Source: an uncultured Acidobacteriota bacterium
Lineage (GTDB): Bacteria; Actinomycetota; Acidimicrobiia; Spongiisociales; ZC4RG35
NCBI GenBank assembly: GCA_963711895.1
Contig: CAVQFU010000007.1
Span: forward strand, 270,506-334,505
Reading direction: 5' to 3'
DNA length: 64,000 bases
Part shown: positions 40,289-49,384 of the stretch, piece by piece
Numbering within the stretch: position 1 is the stretch's first letter
Layout of the letters: every line of letters starts with the position of its first letter
Notes under the pieces: generated by a model
What the model saw: the letters and a program-made list of their open reading frames with translations, nothing else
What the model was told of the DNA's origin: nothing
Database searches by the model: none
Made by a program: the position numbers and the translations under genes

Positions 40289-42016
40289 CTACTTGACGAC
40301 GGCGATGACCTGACCGGGGGTCACGGTGTCGCCGGGTTGGACCCTGAGATCGACGACATCGCCCGTCGCCGGTGAGCGAACCTCGTTCTCCATCTTCATT
40401 GCCTCGAGGACACAAATCGGGTCGCCTTCGCTCACGGAGGCGCCGGCCGCCACGTGGACCTTGACAATCGTGCCTTGCATCGGCGCAGTCACCATGCCAT
40501 CGGAAGGAGTGCCCGGCCCGGTCAGCTGGAGCTTTGGTGGCCTCCTTCGGATGCTCCCGGTCAACGGCTCCGGCGCCCAATAGCTGACTGCGAAGCGACG
40601 GCCGCCGACCTCGACCGTGATGTCTCGTCGAGACAGACTTTCTTCCTCGGGCAGCGACGGTGTTGCGTCGGGGTCGCCGCCCCCGAGGTCGACGTTCTCT
40701 TCCATCCACTTGGTGTGATGTGTCCCGTTGACGAAGTCTGGGTGATTCAAGACCGCCAGGTGGGCAGGGATCGTGGACGCCACGCCGGTCACCTTGAACT
40801 CCTCGAGCGCTCGCCTGCCCTTTTGGATGGCGCGGGCCCGATCCGGCGCCCAGACGACGAGCTTGGCCATGAGATTGTCGTAGTACTGGGAGACGTTGGT
40901 CCCGGGTTTGATCCAGGAATCGACCCTGACCCCCGGCCCGGCAGGCTCCTGCCACTCGACCACCTGTCCGGGCGTCGGCAGGAATTGGTTGAACGGGTCC
41001 TCGGCGTTGATGCGGAACTCGATGGCGTGACCCCTGGGTTCGACCGTGTCAATGGTCAGCTCCTCGCCTGACGCAATCCTGATCTGCCACTCGACCAGGT
41101 CGTGTCCGGTGACCATCTCGGTGATGGTGTGCTCGACCTGGAGTCGAGTGTTCATCTCGAGGAAGAAGAACTCGCCGGCGCGATCGACGAGGAACTCCAC
41201 CGTCCCGGCATTCACGTATCCGCATGACTTTCCTGCGGCCAACGCGGCCCGGCCCAGCGCCCGGCGTTGCTTGACGGAGAGCCCTGGTGATGGTGTCTCC
41301 TCGATCAGCTTCTGATGACGCCGCTGCACCGAACAATCCCGCTCGCCGAGGAAGACGCCTTTGCCCTGGCTGTCGAAGAGCACCTGTGCCTCGACGTGCC
41401 GTGGCTCCTCCAGGTATTTCTCGACGTAGACCTCGGGATTGCCGAAATAGGCATCGGCCTCGCGTCTGGCTCCTTCGAACGCGTCGTCGAGCTCCTCAGG
41501 CCCACGAACCACCCGCAAACCCTTGCCGCCGCCGCCGTGGGCGGCCTTGATGGCGACCGGGTAGCCGAACTGCTCGGCGAGAGAGGCCACCTTCTCGACC
41601 GAGGTGACCGGGTCGGTCACCCCGGGAACCGTCGGCACCCCGAACTTCTCTGCGTTGCGTCTCGAGGTGATCTTGTCTCCCATGGCCTCGATGGCGCTGG
41701 CCGGGGGGCCGACCCAGACGATCCCGGCCTCGCTGACCGCAGCCGCGAACTTGGCGTTTTCCGAGAGGAATCCGTATCCGGGGTGAATGGCTTCGGCGCC
41801 CGAGTCATGGGCGATCTGGAGGATCTTCTGTTGATTCAGATAGCTGTCGGCGGCCGGGGCAGGGCCGGCATTCCAGGCCTCGTCCGCCAGGTCGACATGA
41901 AGCGCGTCGCGATCCAATTCCGAATAGACGGCGATGGTGCGAATCCCCATCTCCCGGGCGGTGCGGATGACCCTGACCGCGATCTCGCCGCGGTTGGCGA
42001 CGAGGAGGCTTTTCAT
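40289..42016 (-). CDS. accA: Acetyl/propionyl-CoA carboxylase alpha subunit (biotin carboxylase plus BCCP domain)
   Basis: The start MKSLLVANRGEIAVRVIRTAREMG at 42016 forms an ATGA overlap with the upstream stop. An ATP-grasp domain is present, and the C-terminal EAMKME biotinylation motif appears as CVLEAMKMENEV. The upstream 94 codons of the track ORF are Arg/Pro-rich read-through. Confidence 0.9.
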   Translation of the reverse strand: MKSLLVANRGEIAVRVIRTAREMGIRTIAVYSELDRDALHVDLADEAWNAGPAPAADSYLNQQKILQIAHDSGAEAIHPGYGFLSENAKFAAAVSEAGIVWVGPPASAIEAMGDKITSRRNAEKFGVPTVPGVTDPVTSVEKVASLAEQFGYPVAIKAAHGGGGKGLRVVRGPEELDDAFEGARREADAYFGNPEVYVEKYLEEPRHVEAQVLFDSQGKGVFLGERDCSVQRRHQKLIEETPSPGLSVKQRRALGRAALAAGKSCGYVNAGTVEFLVDRAGEFFFLEMNTRLQVEHTITEMVTGHDLVEWQIRIASGEELTIDTVEPRGHAIEFRINAEDPFNQFLPTPGQVVEWQEPAGPGVRVDSWIKPGTNVSQYYDNLMAKLVVWAPDRARAIQKGRRALEEFKVTGVASTIPAHLAVLNHPDFVNGTHHTKWMEENVDLGGGDPDATPSLPEEESLSRRDITVEVGGRRFAVSYWAPEPLTGSIRRRPPKLQLTGPGTPSDGMVTAPMQGTIVKVHVAAGASVSEGDPICVLEAMKMENEVRSPATGDVVDLRVQPGDTVTPGQVIAVVK

Positions 42017-43566
42017 CACTGAGGCCCGTTGCCGTGTTTCTTCGGGGGCAGGGTCTCTCGCTTGGTGCGGAGGACCTCGAGGGCGCGGACCAGTTTGTAA
42101 CGGGTTTCCCGGGGCTCGATCACCTCGTCGACCAGGCCGAGCTCGGCGGCCACGTAGGGGTTGTTGAAGCGCTCCTCGTAATCGGCGATCAGCTCGGAGC
42201 GAACCTTTTCCGGTTCCTTGGTGGCGCTGATCTCCCGACGATGGATCACATTCACCGCCCCCTGGGCACCCATCACGGCGATCTCGGCAGATGGCCATGC
42301 AAAGACCAGATCAGCACGTATCCCGCGAGCGTTCATGACCAGGTAGGCGCCGCCGTATGCCTTCCGGGTGATCACCGTGATGCGAGGCACCGTCGCCTCG
42401 CAGTAGGCGTAGAGGAGCTTGGCGCCGTGACGGATTATCCCGTGATGCTCCTGTTCGACACCGGGGAGGAAGCCGGGTACATCGACAAAGGTGATGATCG
42501 GGATGTTGAACGCGTCGCAGAATCGGACGAAGCGTGCTGACTTCTCGGACGCTTCGATATCGAGCGTTCCGGCCAGGACGGCCGGCTGATTCGCCACCAC
42601 CCCGACAGTGTGTCCGTCGAGACGTCCAAACCCGACGACGATGTTCCTCGCCCACATCTCGTGCACCTCGAGGAACTCACCCCCATCGAGGACGGTCTCC
42701 ACCAGGTCCACCATGTCGTATGGCTGGTTCGCCGAGTCGGGGATCATCGAGTCCAGGGAATCGTCGATGCGGTCGGGGCGATCGGTGGGAGCGAAGTAGG
42801 GGGGCAGCTCCATGTTGTTCCGGGGCAGGTATGACATGAGGTACCGGACCGCCTCGAGCGCGTCGATGCCGGTCGGGTAGACGAAGTGGGTGACACCCGA
42901 CTTCGAGGCATGAGTGGCCGCGCCGCCCAGCTCCTCCATGGTCACCTCCTCACCGGTTACCGCCTTGATGACATCGGGCCCGGTGATGAACATGTGGCTG
43001 GTCTGGTCCACCTGGAACACGAAGTCGGTGAGGGCGGGGGAGTAGACGGCGCCTCCGGCACACGGTCCCATGATGACCGAGATCTGGGGGATGACCCCCG
43101 ACGCTCTCACGTTGCGCTCGAAGATCCGCCCGTACCCGTCGAGGGAGGAAATGCCCTCCTGGATGCGCGCCCCACCCGAGTCCTTGAGGCCGATGACCGG
43201 TGTCCCCGTGTCGAGAGCCATGTCGAGCACCTTGCAGATCTTGTCCGCGACAACTTTGCTCAGGCTGCCGCCAAACACGGTGAAGTCTTCGGCGAAGACG
43301 AACACGGGGCGGCCGTCGATGGTGCCGTGCCCGGTGACGACGGCGTCACCGAGAGGACGCTTGTCCTCTATGCCGAAGCCCGACGACTGGTGCCGGACGA
43401 ATTGGTCGATCTCCTGGAACGAGCCTTTGTCGAGGAGTGCGTCGAGCCGCTCACGGGCCGTGAGTTTCCCCTGCTCGTGTTGGCGGGCGATCGCTCGCTG
43501 ACTTCCGGCATGCAGGGCCTCCTCGCGAAGCTCCCTGAGCCGCTCGATTCGCGCCTCGGTCCCCAA
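42016..43566 (-). CDS. pccB: Propionyl-CoA carboxylase beta subunit / acyl-CoA carboxyltransferase
   Basis: A 516-aa ORF of the carboxyltransferase family, with LTARERLDALLD, GGARIQEG, GPCAGGAVYSPALTDF and AYGGAYLVM. Confidence 0.9.
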   Translation of the reverse strand: MGTEARIERLRELREEALHAGSQRAIARQHEQGKLTARERLDALLDKGSFQEIDQFVRHQSSGFGIEDKRPLGDAVVTGHGTIDGRPVFVFAEDFTVFGGSLSKVVADKICKVLDMALDTGTPVIGLKDSGGARIQEGISSLDGYGRIFERNVRASGVIPQISVIMGPCAGGAVYSPALTDFVFQVDQTSHMFITGPDVIKAVTGEEVTMEELGGAATHASKSGVTHFVYPTGIDALEAVRYLMSYLPRNNMELPPYFAPTDRPDRIDDSLDSMIPDSANQPYDMVDLVETVLDGGEFLEVHEMWARNIVVGFGRLDGHTVGVVANQPAVLAGTLDIEASEKSARFVRFCDAFNIPIITFVDVPGFLPGVEQEHHGIIRHGAKLLYAYCEATVPRITVITRKAYGGAYLVMNARGIRADLVFAWPSAEIAVMGAQGAVNVIHRREISATKEPEKVRSELIADYEERFNNPYVAAELGLVDEVIEPRETRYKLVRALEVLRTKRETLPPKKHGNGPQ

Positions 43567-43610
43567 GACTCCTCCGTAACCTCACACATTCCGACTCGTC
43601 AGGAGACGAG

Positions 43611-44265
43611 ATGGCTACACCCTATTTGCAATTGCGGGCGGAAGAGGTCGCATCCACGCAGGACATGGCCCGCTCCGAACTGGACCGTCTCCCTGTGGTT
43701 GTCGCCGCCCAACGACAAACTGCGGGTCGAGGAAGGGGAGGCGCGGCCTGGTTGTCGGCGCCACGTGCACTCGCTGTCTCTCTCGCCTTCCACCATTCCG
43801 ATGACGATCTCCGTCCTTTCTCGCTGATGGCAGGTGTCGCCGCGGCCCGTGGACTGGAAGGTGTGAGCTTGAAATGGCCCAACGACTTGATGGCCGATGG
43901 GGCCAAGGTGGGCGGGATCCTGGTCGAGCGCGCTGACGAGACCGTCATCGGGATGGGGGTCAACCTGTGGTGGCCCGACGCCCCAAAAGGCATGGGCGCA
44001 CTCCACGCTGACGACCCAGGTGCCGGGCTCCACGTGCAGCTTGCCGGACTCTGGGCGGCGGAGTTGATGCGTCTCCTCGAGGAGGACGGCTGGCCGCTCG
44101 ACGAGTACCGGGCCGCTGTGCTCCACGCTGGGCCGGGAGATCTCTTGGGAGCCGGAGGGTCGGGGGACCGCGATCGACGTCACAGGGGAGGGCGCCCTGG
44201 TGGTCGAAGTCGCCGGGTCACGCCGAACCCTCACCTCGGGCGCCATCAGGCACCTCCGCCACTAA
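43611..44265 (+). pseudogene. birA: Biotin-[acetyl-CoA-carboxylase] ligase with one frameshift near 44115-44122 as sequenced
   Basis: QTAGRGRGGAAW and LKWPNDLMADGAKVGGILVE are in the track ORF. The canonical C-terminal domain STLGREISWEPEGRGTAIDVTGEGALVVEVAGSRRTLTSGAIRHLRH* is in another frame, with its stop at 44263-44265. Confidence 0.75.
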
Positions 44266-44999
44266 CCGAGATCGACCTCCACCGCAGCCGGAAGGGTGGC
44301 CTTGAAGAACTCCACGAGCCGGGGGTAGGCGTCGGCGGCGGCATCGGCGTGATAGCCCTCGGAGCCGATGTCGAGGAATGAGTGGCCTGCTCCTTCGTAG
44401 AGGAGCCATTGGCCGTGGTCGTTTCGCCGTTGCGCCTCGTCCACTGTGGATGGTGCGATCAGCTCGTCAGAGGCCCCGTAGAGGCCGAGGACCGGCACAG
44501 GGAGGTTGTCGAGATAAGAGGCCACCTGGTATTCGCGCTCCTCGTCGCCGGTGAGCGGGGCATAGGCGACCGATACGGATTTGACCCAGGACCGAGTCGA
44601 GGCGCCCACAATCGCGAAGCGGCCGCCGACATCGATGCCGAGGATTCCGAGATCACCGCTCACGGCCCAATCGACGTCATCGGAGACGACGAATTCGTGG
44701 ATCTCGTCGAGATCCATCAACGCCCGACGATCGGACAGGGCCTCATAGGCCTCGTGCGGATCGCCCTTCTGCCGGTAGAAGTCGAGCCCGATGGCGACGA
44801 CCCCCCAGCGGGCCAACATGCGGCAGAGGTCCTTCTCGAACCCGGACTGGCCTTCGATCGTCGGGAGCACGAGGACCACCGGAAACTGACCCGCGACGTC
44901 GGGCCGGGCCAGATACTGGGTGCGAAGACTCGACCCGATGGGCAGGGGCCAGCCTCCGTACATGATCGGATGGGTTCCTTCGTGCGCCAGTACCGCCAT
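44262..44999 (-). CDS. Dienelactone hydrolase family protein
   Basis: A 245-aa alpha/beta-hydrolase with a DLH-like layout. The nucleophile elbow reads GIDVGG and the His motif reads GAGHSF. Confidence 0.7.
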   Translation of the reverse strand: MAVLAHEGTHPIMYGGWPLPIGSSLRTQYLARPDVAGQFPVVLVLPTIEGQSGFEKDLCRMLARWGVVAIGLDFYRQKGDPHEAYEALSDRRALMDLDEIHEFVVSDDVDWAVSGDLGILGIDVGGRFAIVGASTRSWVKSVSVAYAPLTGDEEREYQVASYLDNLPVPVLGLYGASDELIAPSTVDEAQRRNDHGQWLLYEGAGHSFLDIGSEGYHADAAADAYPRLVEFFKATLPAAVEVDLG

Positions 45000-45087
45000 C
45001 GGCGGGCAGATTAGGCCGGCCGCAGGCCGCGGCGATTGCCAGAGATTCGTGGAACCCCTGCGTAGCCTGACGACGTCTCACCCGAAG

Positions 45088-46359
45088 ATGGCCTCATCCT
45101 CCCCACGACACCTTGCGCCCCGTCGCGGGCTGCCGAAATGGCTGAAGATCACCATTGTCGGCCTCTTGATGGTGGCCACCCTCGGCGCGCTCGCAGTCTT
45201 CTGGGCATTGGACACCGGGCAGAACGTGCTCGATATGGCCGCGACCGACGACGAGGTCGTCAATGAGCTGAGCCAGCCCAGCGGGGACACCTTGACCTTC
45301 CTCGTGGTGGGAAGTGACTCTCGTCAAGGCATCGAGGATCTGACCTTCTTCGGGCCCGCCGGCGGGGAGCGTGGAGATGTGATCATGCTGGTCCGTCTCG
45401 ACCAGGCCAGCGGGGAAGCCCGGATGCTCTCTATTCCTCGGGATCTATGGGTGGAAATCCCGGGCAACGGTGAGGGCAAGATCAATGCGGCGTACTCGTA
45501 TGGCGGTCCTTCGCTGATGGTCCAGACCATCAGGGAGAATCTCGGGATCGAGGTCAACCACTACGTCGAGGTGGACTTCCTCGGGTTCATCGCGATGGTG
45601 GATGAGTTGGGCGGCATCGAGATGACGTTCCCCTACCCCGCTCGGGACGCCAACTCCGGACTCAGTGTGGACGATGGGACCCAGATCCTCGATGGTGAGC
45701 AAGCCCTCGCCTTCGCCCGCTCCCGGAAGTACGAGGAGTATCAGGGCGAACGATGGGTGAGCGTCGATGCCAGTGATCTGGGACGGACCCAGCGTCAGCA
45801 GGAAGTGGTGAGGGCCATCCTCACCGAATTGAAGTCCCCGGCCTCGATCGCAGAGGCAGGTGACATCGCGGGATCCATGGCCCAACACATGACCGTCGAC
45901 GGCACCCTGGCCGACGCCTCCGTGGCGTCGCTTGCTTGGGACTTTCGCCGCCTCGTCACCGGGAGCATCGAGGGGCACACACTCCCCGTGTACGGCGACA
46001 CGGTGAACGGTGCTTCCGTTGTGATGGCAGCCGAGCCGGAGGCCTCGGGGATGATCAACGGCTTTCTCTCCGGTGTCATGACCGTCGACAGCGCACCGAT
46101 CCGCGTCCAGGTTCTCAACGGGAATGGCGTAAGCGGCGCTGCATCGGCAATGTCAGACCGGCTGGCCGCGGCCGGATTCGAGATCGCCGGCGTGGGTGAT
46201 GCCGAGGTGAAGGACTATGCCGCCACGACCATCCTCGTTCCCGAGGGGAGCAGTGCCGGAGATCGGATCGTCGGCCAGATCGGTTTTGGTGTAGTTCAGG
46301 TCGGCAGCGTCGATAACGGTTATGACGCCGTTGTGATCGTCGGAGCCGACGCCTCCTGA
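45088..46359 (+). CDS. LCP (LytR-CpsA-Psr) family glycopolymer transferase with a C-terminal LytR_C domain
   Basis: The ATG at 45088 is followed by a TM anchor. LVVGSDSR, GDVIMLVRLD, LSIPRDLWVEIPG and INAAYSYGG are present, and the C-terminus has IRVQVLNGNGVSGAA. Confidence 0.8.
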   Translation: MASSSPRHLAPRRGLPKWLKITIVGLLMVATLGALAVFWALDTGQNVLDMAATDDEVVNELSQPSGDTLTFLVVGSDSRQGIEDLTFFGPAGGERGDVIMLVRLDQASGEARMLSIPRDLWVEIPGNGEGKINAAYSYGGPSLMVQTIRENLGIEVNHYVEVDFLGFIAMVDELGGIEMTFPYPARDANSGLSVDDGTQILDGEQALAFARSRKYEEYQGERWVSVDASDLGRTQRQQEVVRAILTELKSPASIAEAGDIAGSMAQHMTVDGTLADASVASLAWDFRRLVTGSIEGHTLPVYGDTVNGASVVMAAEPEASGMINGFLSGVMTVDSAPIRVQVLNGNGVSGAASAMSDRLAAAGFEIAGVGDAEVKDYAATTILVPEGSSAGDRIVGQIGFGVVQVGSVDNGYDAVVIVGADAS

Positions 46360-46393
46360 TCGCAACGCCTCGCGATCTACCATGGGGGGTTCA

Positions 46394-47668
46394 ATGGACA
46401 TAGCAATCATCGGCGCCGGTTACGTCGGTCTTGTCACCGGAGGCGGTCTCGCCAGTCTCGGTCATCGGGTACGTCTCGGCGAGGCAAACGCAGAACGAGT
46501 CGAGCAACTCCGCAGTGGCGGTGTCCCAATCTACGAGCAGGGCTTGCCCGATTTGCTCTCACATGCCACCGGGCGCGGCCTTCTCAGCTTCCACACCTCG
46601 AACAAAGAGGCAGTCGAAGGTGCCGATTTCGTCTTTCTCGCCCTCCCCACTCCCGAAGGCGAGGACGGCCGGGCTGACCTCAACTACGTCCATGCGGTGA
46701 TGGACGAACTGGCCAACGAGGTCGGTGAGGACACGATCTTCGTGGTGAAGTCAACTGTGCCGCCGGGCACGGTTGCATCCCTGCGCAAGCGGTTGGCGGA
46801 CCTGGGCAGCCCGGCCCGTATCGTCTCTCATCCCGAGTTCCTCCGCGAGGGCAAGGCGGTCGACGACTTTCTCGAGCCTGACCGTATCGTGGTCGGTGCT
46901 TGGGAGGAGGCCGATGCAAGAGCCGTCGCCGATCTCTACAGGAGCCTCGACGCACCGGTGGTCATGACCGATCCCACCTCGGCGGAGATGATCAAGTACG
47001 CGTCGAATGCCTACCTGGCGGCCCGGCTCACGTTCGTCAACACCCTTTCCAATGTCTGTGAGGCGGTCGGCGCCGACATCCTCGACGTGGTCCAGGGTCT
47101 GGGGATGGATCATCGGATCGGCTCCCATTTCCTGCAGCCCGGGCCTGGTTATGGCGGTTCCTGCTTCCCCAAGGACACGCAAGCCTTGATCGCCGTGGCC
47201 CAGGACGCCGGCTATGACTTCGAATTGCTGCGTGCGGTCATCGACGCGGACGAGGAGCAGCGTCGGCGAGTGGCGGACAAAGTCAGGCAGGCCGCCGGTG
47301 GGGGTCTGCGAGGGCGGCGGGTCGGTATGTGGGGTGTCGCCTTCAAGGCCGGTACCGACGATGTGCGGGAGTCGCCCGCCGTGCGGATCGCCTCCCTGCT
47401 TCAGGCCGATGGCGCCGAGGTGGTGGCCTACGACCCCGAGGCGAAGACCGATCTGCTCACCATGGTCTCGGACCCGATCGCCGCGGTGCAGGAGGCCGAT
47501 GTCCTCCTCATCGCCACCGAGTGGCCCGAATTCCTGACGGTTGACATGGCAGAGGTGTCCAAGGTGATGAGAGGACACCGCGTGGTCGACGCCCGCAACA
47601 TCCTCGATCCAAAGAAAGTCCGGGCGGTCGGTCTCGACTACTGGGGTCTGGGTCGACCAGGGGCGTAG
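46394..47668 (+). CDS. ugd: UDP-glucose 6-dehydrogenase
   Basis: MDIAIIGAGYVGL and GGSCFPKD are present, and the protein has the UDPG/MGDP dehydrogenase family length. Confidence 0.85.
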   Translation: MDIAIIGAGYVGLVTGGGLASLGHRVRLGEANAERVEQLRSGGVPIYEQGLPDLLSHATGRGLLSFHTSNKEAVEGADFVFLALPTPEGEDGRADLNYVHAVMDELANEVGEDTIFVVKSTVPPGTVASLRKRLADLGSPARIVSHPEFLREGKAVDDFLEPDRIVVGAWEEADARAVADLYRSLDAPVVMTDPTSAEMIKYASNAYLAARLTFVNTLSNVCEAVGADILDVVQGLGMDHRIGSHFLQPGPGYGGSCFPKDTQALIAVAQDAGYDFELLRAVIDADEEQRRRVADKVRQAAGGGLRGRRVGMWGVAFKAGTDDVRESPAVRIASLLQADGAEVVAYDPEAKTDLLTMVSDPIAAVQEADVLLIATEWPEFLTVDMAEVSKVMRGHRVVDARNILDPKKVRAVGLDYWGLGRPGA

Positions 47669-47685
47669 CGGCGCCTACGGCGCCG
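47669..47685 (+). terminator. GC stem-loop immediately after the ugd stop, in a convergent gap with cofE
   Basis: cggcgcc-tac-ggcgccg forms a 7-bp stem with a 3-nt loop. No U-tract follows. Confidence 0.4.
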
Positions 47686-47689
47686 GTAA

Positions 47690-47713
47690 TAGGTCGTAGG
47701 TTCTAAGTAATAG
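47690..47713 (+). promoter_or_regulatory. AT-rich element with TAG/TAA triplets at a 7-nt period that shares the 14-mer ggtcgtaggttcta with 61410-61423
   Basis: The sequence reads TAGgtcgTAGgttcTAAgtaaTAG. It lies in a high-GC genome, right after a hairpin, the same layout as the element after ahcY. Confidence 0.35.
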
Positions 47714-47739
47714 GTACCGAACCAGAACGCCTGCAACTC

Positions 47740-48438
47740 TTAGCGGAAAAGGTCCTCTTCGGGCGGCCTGACCAGGTCCTGGCCCCGTCCCTCGCCACGT
47801 GGCCCCTGGTAACCGCGGATGAGGGCGGCGGGAATCCCATCCGCCTTCCCCATCACCAGGTCGGCAGCTGCAGCGAGCTCGTCGGCCACTGCGATCTCGG
47901 TGACCTCGAGCTCCCGGCCCGCCCAGTCATTCGTTCCTCGCAGGTCGATCACCGCCTCGAGGCCCGACACCCCAATGGCGATGTCGGTGAGGCCCCGTCG
48001 CCAAGGCCGCCCGAAGGTATCGGAGATGATGACGGGTATATCCACCTCGAGGGAGCGCTCGAGCCGAGTTCTGATCCGGTGGGCCGAACGATCCGGGTCC
48101 TCGGGCAGAAGGATCATCGTCCCCGGTTCGGCATTGGAACGGTCGACGCCGGCGTTGGCACAGATGAATCCGTGAGCGGTCTCGGCGATTATCAGATTGC
48201 CTCGCCGTCTGACCACGGAGACGGCTTCAGATTCCACCAACGCCCGTTTGAACTCTTCCTCGTTGCCCTCGATGGTGACCACGCGTCCCTCTGCCTTGGA
48301 GACGATCTTGTGGGTGACGACCAACACATCCCCGGCCGTCGGGGCCATCGGCGTGAGGGCGGTAGCGAGGATCTCGGTGAGGTCGTCTCCAGGCATGACG
48401 GAACCGATCCCGGTCAGCGGAAGGATCTGAAGGGTCAC
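47740..48438 (-). CDS. cofE: Coenzyme F420-0:L-glutamate ligase
   Basis: VVTHKIVSKAEGR and ICANAGVDRSN are present. The gene overlaps the stop of the upstream cofD. Confidence 0.8.
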   Translation of the reverse strand: MTLQILPLTGIGSVMPGDDLTEILATALTPMAPTAGDVLVVTHKIVSKAEGRVVTIEGNEEEFKRALVESEAVSVVRRRGNLIIAETAHGFICANAGVDRSNAEPGTMILLPEDPDRSAHRIRTRLERSLEVDIPVIISDTFGRPWRRGLTDIAIGVSGLEAVIDLRGTNDWAGRELEVTEIAVADELAAAADLVMGKADGIPAALIRGYQGPRGEGRGQDLVRPPEEDLFR

Positions 48439-49346
48439 AGGTTCAGTATCGCCCGGGCGAGATGGGCAGCATTGTCCCGGTCGGCGATCCGGGTCTCGAG
48501 CGCCACCACCCTGACACCTCCGCTCTCCCCTTCGTCGGCGCTGTCGCTGGAGTCGACCACCAGTGTGTCGATCAAGCCGTCATAGGAGGCCAGCACGGCG
48601 CCCGTCCCCGTACCGAGGCCGAGGTCGGCCATCACCACGTCAGCCGGCCCTTTGAGAGCGCGACCCCCGATCAGGGGGCTGACGGCGATCACGTTGGTGT
48701 GGCGCCGCACGGCCTGGCCGATTGGCTCGATGGCGAGGATGGGCCAGATGGACAATGGGGGATTGGAAGGCCCGATCACCACCAGGTCGGCCGTATCGAT
48801 GATGTCGATCAATTCGGGGGCGGGGGTGGCGTGGGCCGCGCCGTCGAACTCGAGCTCTTTCACGTGATCCTGGTGACCTCGATCGACGAAGTACTCCCGA
48901 AACGTGAGTCTGCTCCCATCGGTCGTGGTGACCATGGTGCGGACCGGGTCGTCGGAGGCGGGCAGGATTGCGGATCGAATCCCGAAGCGGACACGGACCG
49001 AGTCGGTCACCTCGGAGAGGGTGTCACCCTGGGCCATCCGATCGGTGCGCATGATCTTGAGCGCGAGGTCGAGATCGCCGAGTTGGAACCTGTTGTCGAC
49101 ACCGAATCGGGCAAGTTCTGTATTGGCGGTGAAGGTGTCTTCTGCCCGCCCCCAGCCGTGCGGGCCTTCGACGCCGGCGAGGGTGTAGACCATGGTGTCG
49201 AGGTCGGGTGACACATAGAGCCCGTGGATGGGGAGATCGTCCCCGACATTGACCACAACACTGAGATCGACGTCGGCAAGCGCGTCGAGACCGCGTCCCA
49301 GGCGGGCACCACCCACACCTCCGGAGAGCTCAACGACCCTGGTCAC
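48435..49346 (-). CDS. cofD: 2-phospho-L-lactate transferase (FbiA/CofD)
   Basis: VVELSGGVGGARL, VVNVGDD and GPSNPPLSIWPIL are present. Confidence 0.85.
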   Translation of the reverse strand: MTRVVELSGGVGGARLGRGLDALADVDLSVVVNVGDDLPIHGLYVSPDLDTMVYTLAGVEGPHGWGRAEDTFTANTELARFGVDNRFQLGDLDLALKIMRTDRMAQGDTLSEVTDSVRVRFGIRSAILPASDDPVRTMVTTTDGSRLTFREYFVDRGHQDHVKELEFDGAAHATPAPELIDIIDTADLVVIGPSNPPLSIWPILAIEPIGQAVRRHTNVIAVSPLIGGRALKGPADVVMADLGLGTGTGAVLASYDGLIDTLVVDSSDSADEGESGGVRVVALETRIADRDNAAHLARAILNL

Positions 49347-49384
49347 AGCTCTCGATATTGCTCAGTGGCGCGCTCCGGTTCACA

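Noticed and set aside
38131-40955. Long minus-strand ORFs 38131..39315 (394 aa) and 39828..40955 (375 aa).
   Set aside because: They are antisense or out of frame relative to the LpdA-like, DUF559 and accA genes. Their composition is Arg/Gly/His/Pro-rich and they carry no family signatures.
47690-47713. Interpreting ggtcgtaggttc as a tRNA T-arm remnant or tRNA-like gene.
   Set aside because: There is no acceptor stem, anticodon arm or GTTCGAATC-type T-loop, and the sequence is too short. I found no tRNA anywhere in the window by eye.
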